64,000 bases of DNA from Oscillospiraceae bacterium (GCA_015064185.1 SVSS01000004.1:71347-135346), one strand, 5' to 3'. Positions 9,473-19,865 are shown, numbered from the stretch's first letter. Program-made: numbers and translations. Notes: generated by a model not told the origin, from the letters alone.

Positions 9473-10497
9473 TTTTCTCTTGGCTTCCTTCCCCCACCCT
9501 TGGCGGATCTTGTCTGCTCTCTCGTGCGTGACTGCTCGCGCTCGTATCGCTCGTAGGCAAGAATGATCTTTTGCACCAGCTTGTGGCGCACTACATCCCG
9601 ATCGGTAAAATAGTGTATCTTGATATCGGGAATGCCCGCAACGATCTTTACCGCAGCGGCAAGCCCGCTTTTGGTGCCTGTAGGTAGGTCGGTTTGCGTG
9701 AGGTCACCGGTCACGATCGCCTTTGACTGAAAGCCAAGGCGCGTTAAAAACATTTTCATTTGCTCGGGCGTGCAGTTTTGCGCTTCGTCCAAAATGATAA
9801 AGCTGTCATCAAGGGTCCTGCCGCGCATATAAGCAAGAGGGGCTATCTCGATCACCTGCTTTTCAAGCAGCTTTCCGTAGTTTTCCGCACCCATCATCTC
9901 ATAAAGCGCATCGTAAAGCGGGCGCAGATAGGGATCGATCTTACTTTGAAGGTCACCCGGTAAAAAGCCTAGCTTCTCACCTGCCTCAATGGCGGGTCTG
10001 GTAAGAATAATGCGGCTGACCTCCTTGGCACGCAGTGCCTTTACAGCCATGGCAACGGCAAGAAAGGTCTTGCCCGTGCCGGCAGGTCCAACACCGAAAA
10101 CCACGGTGTTATTTTTGATCGCATCGATATACTGCTTTTGCCCCACGGTTTTTGCTTTGATGGGCTTGCCTCGGCTCGTCAGGCACACGGTGCTGTCATC
10201 CAGCGCCGCCAAATGCGTGCTCTGCCCGTCGCGAATCATACCCACGACATAGGAAACACGCTGCTCGGGTATTTCGCTCTCGGCTGCCTCCTCACGCAGG
10301 CAGCGCAACACCTCGGCGGCAAGGCGCACATTTTCGGCATCGGCGCCCGTTATGGTAATAGCGTCGCCGTCAGCAGTTGCGCGATTTTTAATATCAACGC
10401 CAAAGGCACTCTCAATTTCCTTGGCATAGGCATCGCAAACACCAAAAATACGCGCGGTAACCTCGCTGCTGGCAGTGTGAATGATCTCTTTATGCAT
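9469..10497 (-). CDS. phoH: PhoH-family ATPase
   Basis: Walker A GPAGTGKTFLA, Walker B FIILDEAQN, and the canonical position upstream of ybeY. Confidence 0.92.
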   Translation of the reverse strand: MHKEIIHTASSEVTARIFGVCDAYAKEIESAFGVDIKNRATADGDAITITGADAENVRLAAEVLRCLREEAAESEIPEQRVSYVVGMIRDGQSTHLAALDDSTVCLTSRGKPIKAKTVGQKQYIDAIKNNTVVFGVGPAGTGKTFLAVAMAVKALRAKEVSRIILTRPAIEAGEKLGFLPGDLQSKIDPYLRPLYDALYEMMGAENYGKLLEKQVIEIAPLAYMRGRTLDDSFIILDEAQNCTPEQMKMFLTRLGFQSKAIVTGDLTQTDLPTGTKSGLAAAVKIVAGIPDIKIHYFTDRDVVRHKLVQKIILAYERYEREQSRTREQTRSAKGGGRKPREK

Positions 10498-10563
10498 AAA
10501 ACCTCCTGACCGTAAGGGCCTTATTTAAACCTCGAAAATACGCCGAGCGAGTGTGACACAGCT

Positions 10564-11742
10564 TCAAGGGGATACGGAAAACTCCGACACGGTGGCAATA
10601 TCCTCCTCAAAGGCAGCGGTACACAAAAGCGTAACGCCATCCTCATCCACTACTACCTCAACCGTTGTGGCAAGCAAGGTACGCGCTTCGCTTGCGGTGG
10701 CAAGGCGAGCGGCAAGCTCGCGATGGGCAAGTGAGAGTGCCTCGGTTGCAGTGCGCCTTGCGGCTTGCTCAGTATATTCGTAATACTGTAAAACCGAAAA
10801 ACCAAAGGGCAACGTATGCGCGCCTGCGTAAAATTTTTTCTCATACTGTATTATATCACAACTGTTTGTTATATTTCTAGTGTTTTTAAAAACTTTTCCG
10901 TCAAAACCGAAAAAAGAGGCCTCGATTTCACAAAAAACGCGCCCCGTCAAGAGCTTTTCATGATAACCAAAGGGTACGCTTACGGTAATTGTTTCCTCGG
11001 TGCGTGCCAGCACCTGCCCCGAAGCACGCGTCACACGAAAGCCACCCGCCTCGGTATCAATGATCCCCGATGCCAGCACCTGCCCCGCGCGCACATACTC
11101 CCCTGCCTGTACCAAGCACTCCCCTTCAAAGATCAAGGGCAACACAACGGCACCGTCCTTTTTTGCAACAAGATTTGCAGGAGAATTGGGTGCCTTTGTC
11201 ACTTCCGGCTCGGCTTCTCTGATCTGCACATGTGCGACCGTTCCCATGAGATTCATAGTGGCATATGCAATGCGACTGTCGCTTTGGCGCAAGGCAAGCG
11301 TTATGGCATCACCGTCAAGGCGAGGCAAAAAGCTCCCACAGGAAAGGCCGACTTCGGCAAGCTCCTCCTTCACCTCACGCTCAGTGAGCATCTCACACCC
11401 CGTAACATCCACATCCCACACAAAAAGATTTGCCGCCACCAAAAGCACAAGCGCCGTAATCGTTCCAAAGGCGATACCCGGACGGTGGATAAAGCGTAGC
11501 CACAACGAAGGAACGCCACCTGTTTTACAAACCGTAAGAGCAATCTCCCTTTGTGCGGCAAGCGCCATAACGCGCACCGCAGAAAAACGGCTAAAGCGGC
11601 AAATAACATCCTTGCTTTTTCCTGCGCGCCTTGTGCCCCTTGGGGTGACACCAAGCACGCGGCAGATCTCAAAAAAATCAGTCATTGCCGCCACGGGAAT
11701 ACAAAGATCGGTATAGCCAATGAAAAAAAGGAATGCGTTCAT
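10564..11742 (-). CDS. yqfD: sporulation protein YqfD
   Basis: 392 aa with a central TM segment. It overlaps the preceding yqfC by 4 nt and sits in the conserved yqfC-yqfD-phoH order. Confidence 0.8.
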   Translation of the reverse strand: MNAFLFFIGYTDLCIPVAAMTDFFEICRVLGVTPRGTRRAGKSKDVICRFSRFSAVRVMALAAQREIALTVCKTGGVPSLWLRFIHRPGIAFGTITALVLLVAANLFVWDVDVTGCEMLTEREVKEELAEVGLSCGSFLPRLDGDAITLALRQSDSRIAYATMNLMGTVAHVQIREAEPEVTKAPNSPANLVAKKDGAVVLPLIFEGECLVQAGEYVRAGQVLASGIIDTEAGGFRVTRASGQVLARTEETITVSVPFGYHEKLLTGRVFCEIEASFFGFDGKVFKNTRNITNSCDIIQYEKKFYAGAHTLPFGFSVLQYYEYTEQAARRTATEALSLAHRELAARLATASEARTLLATTVEVVVDEDGVTLLCTAAFEEDIATVSEFSVSP

Positions 11743-12023
11743 TTCTTCGCCTCCTCAAAGGTAAGCGACACGATCCTACCCGTAACTGTTACGCACCGCG
11801 CGCCAAACGCGGTGCAAAAAAGCTTCTCACCGTGGATCTCAAGCACCGTCTTGCCAAGCGCCAACGCAATACATTCCTTGTCATAAGAAAGTATTTTTTT
11901 GCAGCCGCGCACCACAAGCTCATGCTGCCCCGACAGCGTCATACCAAAGCTGCCCGGCAGCGCCTCACGCGGAATATCCAGCTTCGCCCCGAAGCGGGTT
12001 AAAAAGCCTACCTTTTTGGGCAT
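11739..12023 (-). CDS. yqfC: sporulation protein YqfC (YabP family)
   Basis: 94 aa with a YabP-like beta core (LTLSGQHELVVRGCKKILSYD...LEIHGEKL). Paired with yqfD. Confidence 0.8.
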   Translation of the reverse strand: MPKKVGFLTRFGAKLDIPREALPGSFGMTLSGQHELVVRGCKKILSYDKECIALALGKTVLEIHGEKLFCTAFGARCVTVTGRIVSLTFEEAKK

Positions 12024-12092
12024 ACCGCAACCTCCCGTGCCATAAAATTTACTGTTACTTCAAACCTATGGCAAGAATGGGAGGATTATGCG

Positions 12093-13214
12093 TTGAAAGC
12101 AAGGCAATACCCTTACCGCGCAGCATTTGTGGCGACCCTTGGCATTTTTTTGTTCCTGCTGGCTCTAAAAAACACAGAAATAGCGGCAAACGGTATCAAA
12201 AAAGGCATTCATCTTGCCACAAACATGCTCATCCCAAGCCTGTTTCCCTTTTTAGTCATATCCGACCTCGCACTCGCCGCCGGTGTGGGAGATCTTGCAA
12301 CAAGGCTTTTCGCGCGCCCTTCCCATGCCCTATTCGGCTTAACGGCAAAGGGTACGGCAGTTTTAATGCTCGGGTGGCTGTGCGGTGTGCCCGTTGGCAC
12401 GGTTAGTGCCATAACGATGCTGAAAAACGGGCAAATATCAAAGCAGGAATTTGAACGGCTGCTCCTGTTTTCCAACACCCCAAGCACGGGGTTTTTGATC
12501 GGTGCTGTCGGCGCTTCGCTATTCGCAAGCAAGGAAGCAGGCATTGTGTTGTTTTTTATCACGCTGTTTGTTTCGTTTATCACGGGGGTGCTTTTGAAAT
12601 GCTTGAGCGGCAATCTCACACCGATAGTAAGCAGCCACACAGAAGGCTTAAAGAGCGGCATATCGGCAACCCAATTTACAAGCGCCGTACAACGGGGTTT
12701 TTTTACCCTGTTGCAGGTATGCGGCTTTGTGCTTTTTTTCTCGGCAATAACCGAATGCGTAAAATCACTTGCAAAGGCCCTTTCCCTACCCCCACTTGCC
12801 GCAACCGTTTGCGCGGGTCTGCTTGAGCTGACGGCAGGCGTCAGCGAAGCGGTATTGTGCTTGCAGCCCTATCCCGCATTTGTTCTTTGCGCTTTTTTTG
12901 CAGGATTTTCGGGGCTTTCGATCTGTCTGCAATTATTTTCGATTGCACAAGAGGCCGAGCCAAGACTCCTTCCCTATCTTTTTTCTAAAATGATGCAGGG
13001 CGCACTGTGCGCGTTACTTGCCGCCCTGTATCTTGCTGTAAGAAAGCCACAGCTCAAAACCGCTACCGAGGGCTTTGCCGATTTTGGCGATGCGGCTTTA
13101 AGGCTGCCGCCCGTTATTACGCTCGGCTCGGTATTTTTACTGATCTTATTTATCTATGTATATAACGGCATGCGTAAGCTAAGACTTGTAACCTTCTATC
13201 GGGTAAATAAATGA
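12093..13214 (+). CDS. ylbJ: sporulation integral membrane protein YlbJ (nucleoside-recognition/Gate domain)
   Basis: TTG start with GGGAGGA 7 nt upstream. N-terminal GIKKGIHLATNMLIPSLFPFLVIS and about 10 TM helices, typical of YlbJ. Confidence 0.75.
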   Translation: MKARQYPYRAAFVATLGIFLFLLALKNTEIAANGIKKGIHLATNMLIPSLFPFLVISDLALAAGVGDLATRLFARPSHALFGLTAKGTAVLMLGWLCGVPVGTVSAITMLKNGQISKQEFERLLLFSNTPSTGFLIGAVGASLFASKEAGIVLFFITLFVSFITGVLLKCLSGNLTPIVSSHTEGLKSGISATQFTSAVQRGFFTLLQVCGFVLFFSAITECVKSLAKALSLPPLAATVCAGLLELTAGVSEAVLCLQPYPAFVLCAFFAGFSGLSICLQLFSIAQEAEPRLLPYLFSKMMQGALCALLAALYLAVRKPQLKTATEGFADFGDAALRLPPVITLGSVFLLILFIYVYNGMRKLRLVTFYRVNK

Positions 13215-13245
13215 AAAAAAGAGAGCATTTCTGCTCTCTTTTTTC
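13214..13245. terminator. bidirectional intrinsic terminator (ylbJ / rpmF)
   Basis: AGAGAGCA-tttc-TGCTCTCT forms an 8-bp stem flanked by A7 and T6 runs. Confidence 0.8.
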
Positions 13246-13260
13246 ATCATTGCGCAATTA

Positions 13261-13443
13261 TTAAGCCTCTTGCTTGATAACTTCTTTGCCGTCGTAAGAA
13301 CCGCATGCCTTGCAAACATGGTGAGCAAGTACGTACTCGCCGCATTTTGCGCATTTTACCATACCGGGCATTTCGAGCTTGGAGTTGTTGGAACGTCTCT
13401 TATCTCTGCGCGCTTTGGAAACTTTTTTCTTCGGAACTGCCAT
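13261..13443 (-). CDS. rpmF: 50S ribosomal protein L32
   Basis: MAVPKKKVSKARRDKRR plus CAKCG...CKACG zinc ribbon. 60 aa. Confidence 0.97.
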   Translation of the reverse strand: MAVPKKKVSKARRDKRRSNNSKLEMPGMVKCAKCGEYVLAHHVCKACGSYDGKEVIKQEA

Positions 13444-13492
13444 TTTATCTACACCTCCTTGGGATACTTATACATAATTACAAGTTATTATA

Positions 13493-14011
13493 TCACTCTT
13501 TTTCTTGTTTGTCAACCCATTTTTGCAAAATTGCCAATCTTGGATCAATTTCTTTTTTTGCGCATCCGCAATCACCCAAACGCTTGGGCTTACCGCACCT
13601 GTCGCAAAGCCCCTCACAATCCTCGCTACACAGCAATCGCATGGGAAAGCACATCAAAAGCTCTTCTCTGAGTGGCTCATCCACATCGAGCTTGCCGTCA
13701 CGTATCATCACGTAGGAATCATCCATTTCAGCCAGCTTTTCCTCGGTAATCGAGCCCTCAGGTGCCACGGTGCGCTCAAAATCCAGCACAAATTCACCCG
13801 TTACCGCCTCAAGGCAGCGTGCGCAGCTTCCGCGGTAAGGAAGTGTTGCTCTCAGATACAAGCGCATATAACCGGCATCATCGGTAATATACCCCTTGAC
13901 ATGCGCATTTTCAGGAAAGGTAACATCAAAAACAGGCTCCGGCGCAAGATCGTATTCGATCTCCATGCGGGCAATCTCGCCGCGCAAAAGCGGCCCCATA
14001 TTTAAAATCAC
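13493..14011 (-). CDS. YceD/DUF177 family protein (upstream of rpmF)
   Basis: 172 aa with a C-terminal CSEDCEGLCDRCG metal-ribbon motif. The yceD-rpmF pairing is conserved. Confidence 0.85.
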   Translation of the reverse strand: MILNMGPLLRGEIARMEIEYDLAPEPVFDVTFPENAHVKGYITDDAGYMRLYLRATLPYRGSCARCLEAVTGEFVLDFERTVAPEGSITEEKLAEMDDSYVMIRDGKLDVDEPLREELLMCFPMRLLCSEDCEGLCDRCGKPKRLGDCGCAKKEIDPRLAILQKWVDKQEKE

Positions 14012-14056
14012 GGTATTCCCCTCCTTTTTTCGTCAAACAGCTAATAAGCCGTTACT

Positions 14057-14085
14057 ATTATAATGTGAGAAAAACAGATTGTCAA
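14057..14085 (-). promoter_or_regulatory. sigma-A-type promoter for yceD-rpmF
   Basis: The minus strand reads TTGACA-17 nt-TATAAT (perfect consensus hexamers). Confidence 0.7.
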
Positions 14086-14114
14086 GAGATTTTTCCTTGA
14101 AAATTCGCCATTTT

Positions 14115-14144
14115 TTGCACAAACTCAAATTCTTGTGTTATAAT
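14115..14144 (+). promoter_or_regulatory. sigma-A-type promoter for nnr
   Basis: TTGCAC-18 nt-TATAAT with TG upstream of the -10, about 35 nt before the nnr RBS. Confidence 0.6.
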
Positions 14145-14177
14145 ATGGTTAAAAGAATATAAATGTAGGAGAAGATC

Positions 14178-15662
14178 ATGGAAAAGATACTCACTGCATC
14201 AGAAATGAAGCAATATGATATGGCAACGATCAAGAACGGCACCCCCTCACTTGTATTGATGGAGCGTGCCGCACGAGCTGCTTTTGAAATTTTGATCAAT
14301 GACTTCCCCTGCAGACGGGTGCTGGTTTGCTGTGGCAATGGCAACAACGGCGGCGACGGGCTTGCCATGGCACGCCTGCTTGCCGCACACGGCATACCTG
14401 TTACCGTTTGCTATCTCGGCGCATTTAACAAAAACGGTACGCCAGACACCGCTGCCATGAGCGAGGAATGTGCTACGCAATATACCCAGCTTCCCCCTGA
14501 AATTCCCGTGCTTCCAGCACCCGATTTTCAAGGCGTTAGCGTTGTGGTTGACGCAATTCTTGGCATTGGCATCTCACGCCCGCTTTCCGGAAGGATCCTT
14601 GAAGCCGTGCAAACAATCAATGCTGCAAGGCTACCCGTTTTGGCAATCGATATTCCCACCGGCATCAACGCCGATAGCGGTGCGGTTTTGGGGGGCGCCG
14701 TGGCAGCCACCAAGACCGTAGCGATTGCCGCCAAAAAATACGGACATCTGCTTTTCCCCGGCACACAGCTTTGCGGAGAAGTAATCATCGCCGATATCGG
14801 CATTGAGATAGACGAGGTGCGAGGACGCGTTTTAGAGCAAGCTGATCTCGCAGCACTTCCCCCACGGCCTCGACGTGCACATAAGGGCACCTTTGGGCGC
14901 GTGCTTGTGGTAGGCGGCAGCCCCAATATGAGCGGCGCTGCACTTCTTGCCGCCAAGGCTGCTTATCGTGCAGGCGCGGGACTCGTTGAAATCTTTGCAC
15001 CCGAGGAAAATCGCTTGGTATACCAGATCGCGCTTCCCGAGGCGATCGTTACCTGTTACAATGACCAAAACGCTCCCCAGCAGTTGAAGGATGCCTTGGC
15101 GCGTGCCGATGCCATAGCCCTTGGCATGGGGCTTTCGCAAGGTGACACGGCAAAAATGCTTGTGGAGCACACACTCAACACGCAAGGCATTCCGCTTGTG
15201 ATCGATGCCGATGCCCTCAATCTGATCGCTACGGACATGGCACTGCGCACACGGCTTTACCTGCGTGAGGGCGCTGTGCTCACGCCGCACCCCATGGAAA
15301 TGTCACGCCTTTCCTTATTGCCGCTCTCCGAGGTTATGGGGGATCTGCCGCGCGCGGCGCTATCACTTGCAAAGGATAGTGGAAAGACCGTGGTATTAAA
15401 GGATGCGCACACTATCATTGCGCATGAGGAACGCTTATTCTTTAACACCTATGGCAACAGCGGTATGGCAACCGGCGGCAGCGGTGACGTGCTTGCCGGC
15501 ATCATTGCCTCCTTGGCGGCACAGGGCTCTACACTCCAAACTGCAGCGACCTGCGGTGTTTTGGCTCACGCCTTAGCAGGTGATATTGCAAAGGAACGCC
15601 ACGGCAATCACGGCTTGTTGGCAAGTGACATTGTGGAAGCGCTTTCCTACGTCTTACCTTAA
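14178..15662 (+). CDS. nnr: bifunctional NAD(P)H-hydrate repair enzyme Nnr (epimerase plus ADP-dependent dehydratase)
   Basis: N-terminal YjeF_N domain (CGNGNNGGDG) and C-terminal carbohydrate-kinase domain (GGSGDVLAG). 494 aa. Confidence 0.9.
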   Translation: MEKILTASEMKQYDMATIKNGTPSLVLMERAARAAFEILINDFPCRRVLVCCGNGNNGGDGLAMARLLAAHGIPVTVCYLGAFNKNGTPDTAAMSEECATQYTQLPPEIPVLPAPDFQGVSVVVDAILGIGISRPLSGRILEAVQTINAARLPVLAIDIPTGINADSGAVLGGAVAATKTVAIAAKKYGHLLFPGTQLCGEVIIADIGIEIDEVRGRVLEQADLAALPPRPRRAHKGTFGRVLVVGGSPNMSGAALLAAKAAYRAGAGLVEIFAPEENRLVYQIALPEAIVTCYNDQNAPQQLKDALARADAIALGMGLSQGDTAKMLVEHTLNTQGIPLVIDADALNLIATDMALRTRLYLREGAVLTPHPMEMSRLSLLPLSEVMGDLPRAALSLAKDSGKTVVLKDAHTIIAHEERLFFNTYGNSGMATGGSGDVLAGIIASLAAQGSTLQTAATCGVLAHALAGDIAKERHGNHGLLASDIVEALSYVLP

Positions 15663-15785
15663 ATCGCCAATATTCCAATTTATTTTGTGTTTTTTCCAAT
15701 TTTCAAAAAATATTTTTCTATATTTACTAACATTATCCTCTTTTGTTTTCCATTTATCGACAATCAAGAAGATAATGAAAATAAT

Positions 15786-15830
15786 ATCGCCCGCATTGTG
15801 AATCTTTAAAGCCTTCACACTGCGGGCGAT
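15786..15830. terminator. long hairpin terminator between nnr and the convergent membrane-protein gene
   Basis: ATCGCCCGCA...TGCGGGCGAT (10 bp) plus inner GTGAA/TTCAC, followed by GTTTTATT. Confidence 0.7.
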
Positions 15831-15833
15831 GTT

Positions 15834-16358
15834 TTATTCCTTGGAAAAAATAAAATGTGCCGAGATCAATCCGTATATCAAATAGATCAGAGAAACAGCA
15901 AAGGAAACGAACGCGCCAAACCACAGAACGTGTGTTTCGGCATCCAAGAGATAGATAACGACCATGATCAAGCCCACAAGAAAGCGTGGGATCTCTCTTT
16001 TGGCACGCATCATGTGATTTTCAACCAAAATGATGCGAAGAAGCGGCAGCACCACAGAATAAACACCAAGCAAGAGCAACAGAAACTCGGTCTGCAGCAG
16101 CATCAGTGCGATGCCCAATAAAATAGAGGCAAGCGTCATAAAGAGATTAAGCCCATCGCCACGGCATCTAATACTTTTCACCGCAAAAAACAGCGCTGGC
16201 AAATTCAGCACCGCCGTCAGCAATCCCATGGCAATGACAAGGATATCAAAAACCTCTCTTGCATAGGGTGCCAGCAATATAAGCAATACGCCAATACCCA
16301 CGCCGAACAAGGTTGAGAGAATAAGGCGCATGATGTAATATTTTTTATATCGATTCAT
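15834..16358 (-). CDS. hypothetical polytopic membrane protein
   Basis: ATG 16358 (MNRYKK) with AAGGAG upstream. About 5-6 hydrophobic helices. I recognised no family motif. Confidence 0.6.
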   Translation of the reverse strand: MNRYKKYYIMRLILSTLFGVGIGVLLILLAPYAREVFDILVIAMGLLTAVLNLPALFFAVKSIRCRGDGLNLFMTLASILLGIALMLLQTEFLLLLLGVYSVVLPLLRIILVENHMMRAKREIPRFLVGLIMVVIYLLDAETHVLWFGAFVSFAVSLIYLIYGLISAHFIFSKE

Positions 16359-16423
16359 AAAGATCTCCTTAAATATGATAAAACACACAGCCAATGCTTT
16401 ATACCAAGCAAAGAGTAAGCGCT

Positions 16424-16918
16424 TTACTTGCCCGAAGGCTTGAGAATTCCCTTCAAATCAAGATAGGAAATGACCGCAGCCGAGAGCAACCCGTTCGGTG
16501 CCTCTCCTTCCTTTAGCATATCGCGCACGCGTGTAGACGAAAGATCGGCATATGGCGCTTCAGCCTCCAGAAAAACAGTTCTAGCGCGGGGATTGCGCGA
16601 AAGATTATAGGCGGCCATTTCCTGCTCATACGCAAGATCCGCTTCATTGCGCACGCCCTTGACGATCACATCAGCACCCAAACGATCAAACAGATCTACC
16701 AGCATACCCTCATCTGCTACAACACGCACCTTTGGCATATCGGCAGTGGCAAGGCGTGCCATTTCTGCACGTTCACTGATCGTAAACATATAGGATTTCG
16801 CCGCGTTATTCATCACAGCAACCACAACCTCGTCATAAAGCGCTAAGGCACGCTTCACAATATCAAGATGCCCTAAGGTAATGGGGTCATAACTGCCGGG
16901 CAGCAATGCAAGACTCAT
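16424..16918 (-). CDS. coaD: phosphopantetheine adenylyltransferase
   Basis: PGSYDPITLGHLDIV (T/HxGH nucleotidyltransferase motif). 164 aa. Overlaps the rsmD stop by 4 nt. Confidence 0.95.
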   Translation of the reverse strand: MSLALLPGSYDPITLGHLDIVKRALALYDEVVVAVMNNAAKSYMFTISERAEMARLATADMPKVRVVADEGMLVDLFDRLGADVIVKGVRNEADLAYEQEMAAYNLSRNPRARTVFLEAEAPYADLSSTRVRDMLKEGEAPNGLLSAAVISYLDLKGILKPSGK

Positions 16919-17502
16919 AGCGTGCCCTCCCGATCCGCCACCTCACAAGGGGTAAGCAGGCAAACGTGTGCCGCGCCATAGCGACTGCGGCGAAGAACCG
17001 TATATTGCACTTGAAGTGCCGTGTTATCCGCAAACACCGCATCCGGATCTCCCGTTTCACAAACAACAATGCCACCCGTCGACAGCAGCTTTTTTTCAGC
17101 AATCAAGGCAAGGCATTGCGGCACGATGCCTGCGGCATAAGGGGGGTCAAGAAAGATCAAATGAAAGGGTGCGCCGCGGTAAGATCTTAAAAAGCCAACC
17201 GAATCGGCACGCAAGATCTCTGCCTTGTGGGAAAGTCTTGTATGCGCGGCGTTTTTGGTGATCACATCGATCGCAGACCTTTCATGATCCACAAAAACAG
17301 CATGCGCCGCACCGCGACTGAGCGCCTCAAGCCCCATTTGACCCGATCCGCCAAAGAGATCAAGCACACGGCGATCCGCAAGCTCATTTTGCAGCATAGA
17401 GAATACTGCCTCCTTGGTGCGCTCTGCCGTGGGGCGCGTCAATTCGCCCGTGGGTGCTATCAGCTTGGTGCCTCTTGCGCTCCCCGTAATAATACGCATC
17501 AT
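16915..17502 (-). CDS. rsmD: 16S rRNA (guanine966-N2)-methyltransferase RsmD
   Basis: MMRIITGSARG..., SAM motif DLFGGSGQMGLEALSRGA, and DPPY. Start ATG 17502 with GGGGG RBS. The track's 40-aa N-terminal extension overlaps uvrC. Confidence 0.88.
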   Translation of the reverse strand: MMRIITGSARGTKLIAPTGELTRPTAERTKEAVFSMLQNELADRRVLDLFGGSGQMGLEALSRGAAHAVFVDHERSAIDVITKNAAHTRLSHKAEILRADSVGFLRSYRGAPFHLIFLDPPYAAGIVPQCLALIAEKKLLSTGGIVVCETGDPDAVFADNTALQVQYTVLRRSRYGAAHVCLLTPCEVADREGTL

Positions 17503-17506
17503 AAAT

Positions 17507-19348
17507 TTATTCCCCCTTTCCGTGAAAATAACGATATATGGCAAGTGCCAGCACAGGCCCCACGCCGGGGGCTGCGGCAAGCTCCTGCTCGCTTGCGCGT
17601 TTGATTGCGGCAAGTCCGCCAAAGTGCTTTAATATCACTCTTGCCTTTTGCTTGCCGACACCGGCTATTTTTTCAAGCTCCGATACTCTTACGGTCTTTC
17701 GCTTCGCCTCACTCATACGGCGGATCGAAAAACGGTGCACCTCCTCTTGAATGCGATAAATGACGGTATATACCGCCTGATCAAGTGCAATAGAGATCTC
17801 CTCATGCTCGGTGCAAAGCGCACGGGTCTTATGATATTCATCCTTGACCATGCCAAAAATCGGCACAGTAACCCCATGCTCCTCAGCAACACGACGGGCA
17901 ATGCCCACGTGCGTGCGACCACCGTCAAGCAAAATCAGATCTGGCAGACTTGAAAACGAGCCCTTATCATCGGACAAATGCGAGAAACGGCGCGAAAGCG
18001 CTTCGCGCATAGAGGCATAATCATCCGTTCCGGCAACCGACTGAATGCGGAAGGTACGGTAATCACTCGGCTTGAATTTTCCGTTTTCCCACACGATCAT
18101 GCCGCAGGTCTTATGCTCCGTACCAAGATTGGAAATATCATAGCTTTCAATGCGAGAAGGCACCACCTCAAGCGCCAGAATCGCAGCAAGGCGCACCATT
18201 GTCCCATCGTTTTGCTCAGCCTCACGGCGGGCACTTGCCGCACGCTCGCGCGCATTGCTCACGGCAAGCTCGCAAAGTGTTTTTAATTCTCCACGCTCGG
18301 GCGTATGCACTTGAACCTTACGTCCTGCTGCCTGTGACAAAAAGTCCCCGAGCAAGGCACGGTCCTCCTCATTTTGCGAAAAAGAAAGGAGCACACGCGG
18401 CGGAATATCGGAGCGATGGCGATAATGCTCATAAAGAAACGACAAAATCGCCTCATTCTCATCAAGCATCTCATCAGGGGAAAATACCGTTTCGGTCTTA
18501 TCCACCAAAGCACCCTCGCGCACATAAAACACCGACATAACGGCACTGAAATCATCACGGTAGAAGCCAAAAACATCCTCCGCCGTATCGGGCGATGCCA
18601 CAACCTTTTGCTTTTGCGAAAGATTTTCAAGTGCAAACAGCGTATCGCGCAGCGATGCCGCCTTTTCAAACTCCTCATTTTCAGCCGCAACACTCATTTC
18701 TTCGCGTATACGGCGGCGCGTTGCCGTCGAATTACCACGCAAAATATCTGCGGCACAGCGAATACGCTCGGCATAAGCATCAGGGGTAACATGACCTGCA
18801 CACACACCGCAGCACTGCCCAAGCTGATAGTAAAGGCAGGGACGCTCCTTTTTGATATCGCGCGGAAACTGCCGTTTGCAGGTGGGCAAACCCAGAGTTT
18901 TATTCAAGGTGCGCAGCACTGTTCCTGCCACCGAAGCGCCCGAATAGGGTCCAAAATAGCGCCCCTTATCGGCTTCTCTTGCGCGAGTAAAAACCAATCT
19001 TGGATACAGCTCGTCTGTAATTTTGATATACGGATAGGATTTTGCATCCTTTAAGCGAATATTATATTTTGGCGCATACTGCTTAATAAGTGTATTCTCA
19101 AGCGCCAGCGCCTCAATTTCTGTATCGCACAGAAAATAGTCAAAATCCGCCACCAAAGCGACCATGCGTGCCGTTTTATAATTCTTTTCGCCGTTGTGAA
19201 AATATTGTGACACACGGTTTTTTAGCTTACGCGATTTGCCAACATAAATAACCTTCCCTCTTGCATCGCGCATGAGGTAAACACCGGGAGATAACGGCAG
19301 ACTGTTCGCCTTATCGAGCAATCGCGCACGACATTCTTCAGCTTTCAT
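17507..19348 (-). CDS. uvrC: excinuclease ABC subunit C
   Basis: GIY-YIG N-terminus (GVYLMRDARGKVIYVGKS), UvrBC domain, and C-terminal (HhH)2. Start ATG 19348 with GAGGAGG upstream. Confidence 0.93.
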   Translation of the reverse strand: MKAEECRARLLDKANSLPLSPGVYLMRDARGKVIYVGKSRKLKNRVSQYFHNGEKNYKTARMVALVADFDYFLCDTEIEALALENTLIKQYAPKYNIRLKDAKSYPYIKITDELYPRLVFTRAREADKGRYFGPYSGASVAGTVLRTLNKTLGLPTCKRQFPRDIKKERPCLYYQLGQCCGVCAGHVTPDAYAERIRCAADILRGNSTATRRRIREEMSVAAENEEFEKAASLRDTLFALENLSQKQKVVASPDTAEDVFGFYRDDFSAVMSVFYVREGALVDKTETVFSPDEMLDENEAILSFLYEHYRHRSDIPPRVLLSFSQNEEDRALLGDFLSQAAGRKVQVHTPERGELKTLCELAVSNARERAASARREAEQNDGTMVRLAAILALEVVPSRIESYDISNLGTEHKTCGMIVWENGKFKPSDYRTFRIQSVAGTDDYASMREALSRRFSHLSDDKGSFSSLPDLILLDGGRTHVGIARRVAEEHGVTVPIFGMVKDEYHKTRALCTEHEEISIALDQAVYTVIYRIQEEVHRFSIRRMSEAKRKTVRVSELEKIAGVGKQKARVILKHFGGLAAIKRASEQELAAAPGVGPVLALAIYRYFHGKGE

Positions 19349-19444
19349 CTGTGCATATACCTCCTCAAAATTAAACAAGAAAGGGGCGCACCACGGCGCG
19401 CCCCTCGTCATCAGTGCGGTTATATCCCGCCACGGCTTGTCTTA

Positions 19445-19705
19445 TTATTCAAAATCGTTATGAATGAGCTCCTGCAGCCCGTCAAGTGCGTCTACCTCGT
19501 CAGCGCCGTCTGCGATCAGCTTGATCGTCATGCCCTGCGCAATGCCAAGAGAAAGAACACCAAGCAAGCTTTTTGCATTTACCTTGCGGTCATCCTTTTC
19601 AACCCAAACAGAACTTCTATAGCCGTTCGCCTTTTGAATAAAAAAGGTTGCCGGCCGCGCGTGCAGGCCGATGGAATTTGTAATAGTAACCTCGCGAGAA
19701 ATCAT
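19445..19705 (-). CDS. ptsH: phosphocarrier protein HPr
   Basis: His15 context GLHARPAT and Ser46 context KSLLGVLSLG. ATG 19705 places His at residue 15. Confidence 0.9.
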   Translation of the reverse strand: MISREVTITNSIGLHARPATFFIQKANGYRSSVWVEKDDRKVNAKSLLGVLSLGIAQGMTIKLIADGADEVDALDGLQELIHNDFE

Positions 19706-19865
19706 ATCGGTCAACACTCCATTCTTTCTTACTATTTGCACAAAAACAAATGGGACTTTCGTCTCTTTATAATTAGTATATCAAAAGGTTTTTTAAAAAT
19801 CAATGGGCATTTTTTGGGTATTTTGGCGTCGTTCATGCAAAAAATATGTGCATTTTGACACAAAA

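Noticed and set aside
17503-17622. N-terminal extensions offered by the ORF track. These affect rsmD (here), uvrC to 19411, ptsH to 19741, addA from 34846, the DUF559 gene from 38635, valS from 47591, hom from 60597, groES from 63430, and the Zn-ribbon gene to 59124.
   Set aside because: Each extension lacks an RBS, overlaps the upstream gene or terminator, and precedes an internal start with a good SD that gives the canonical family N-terminus.
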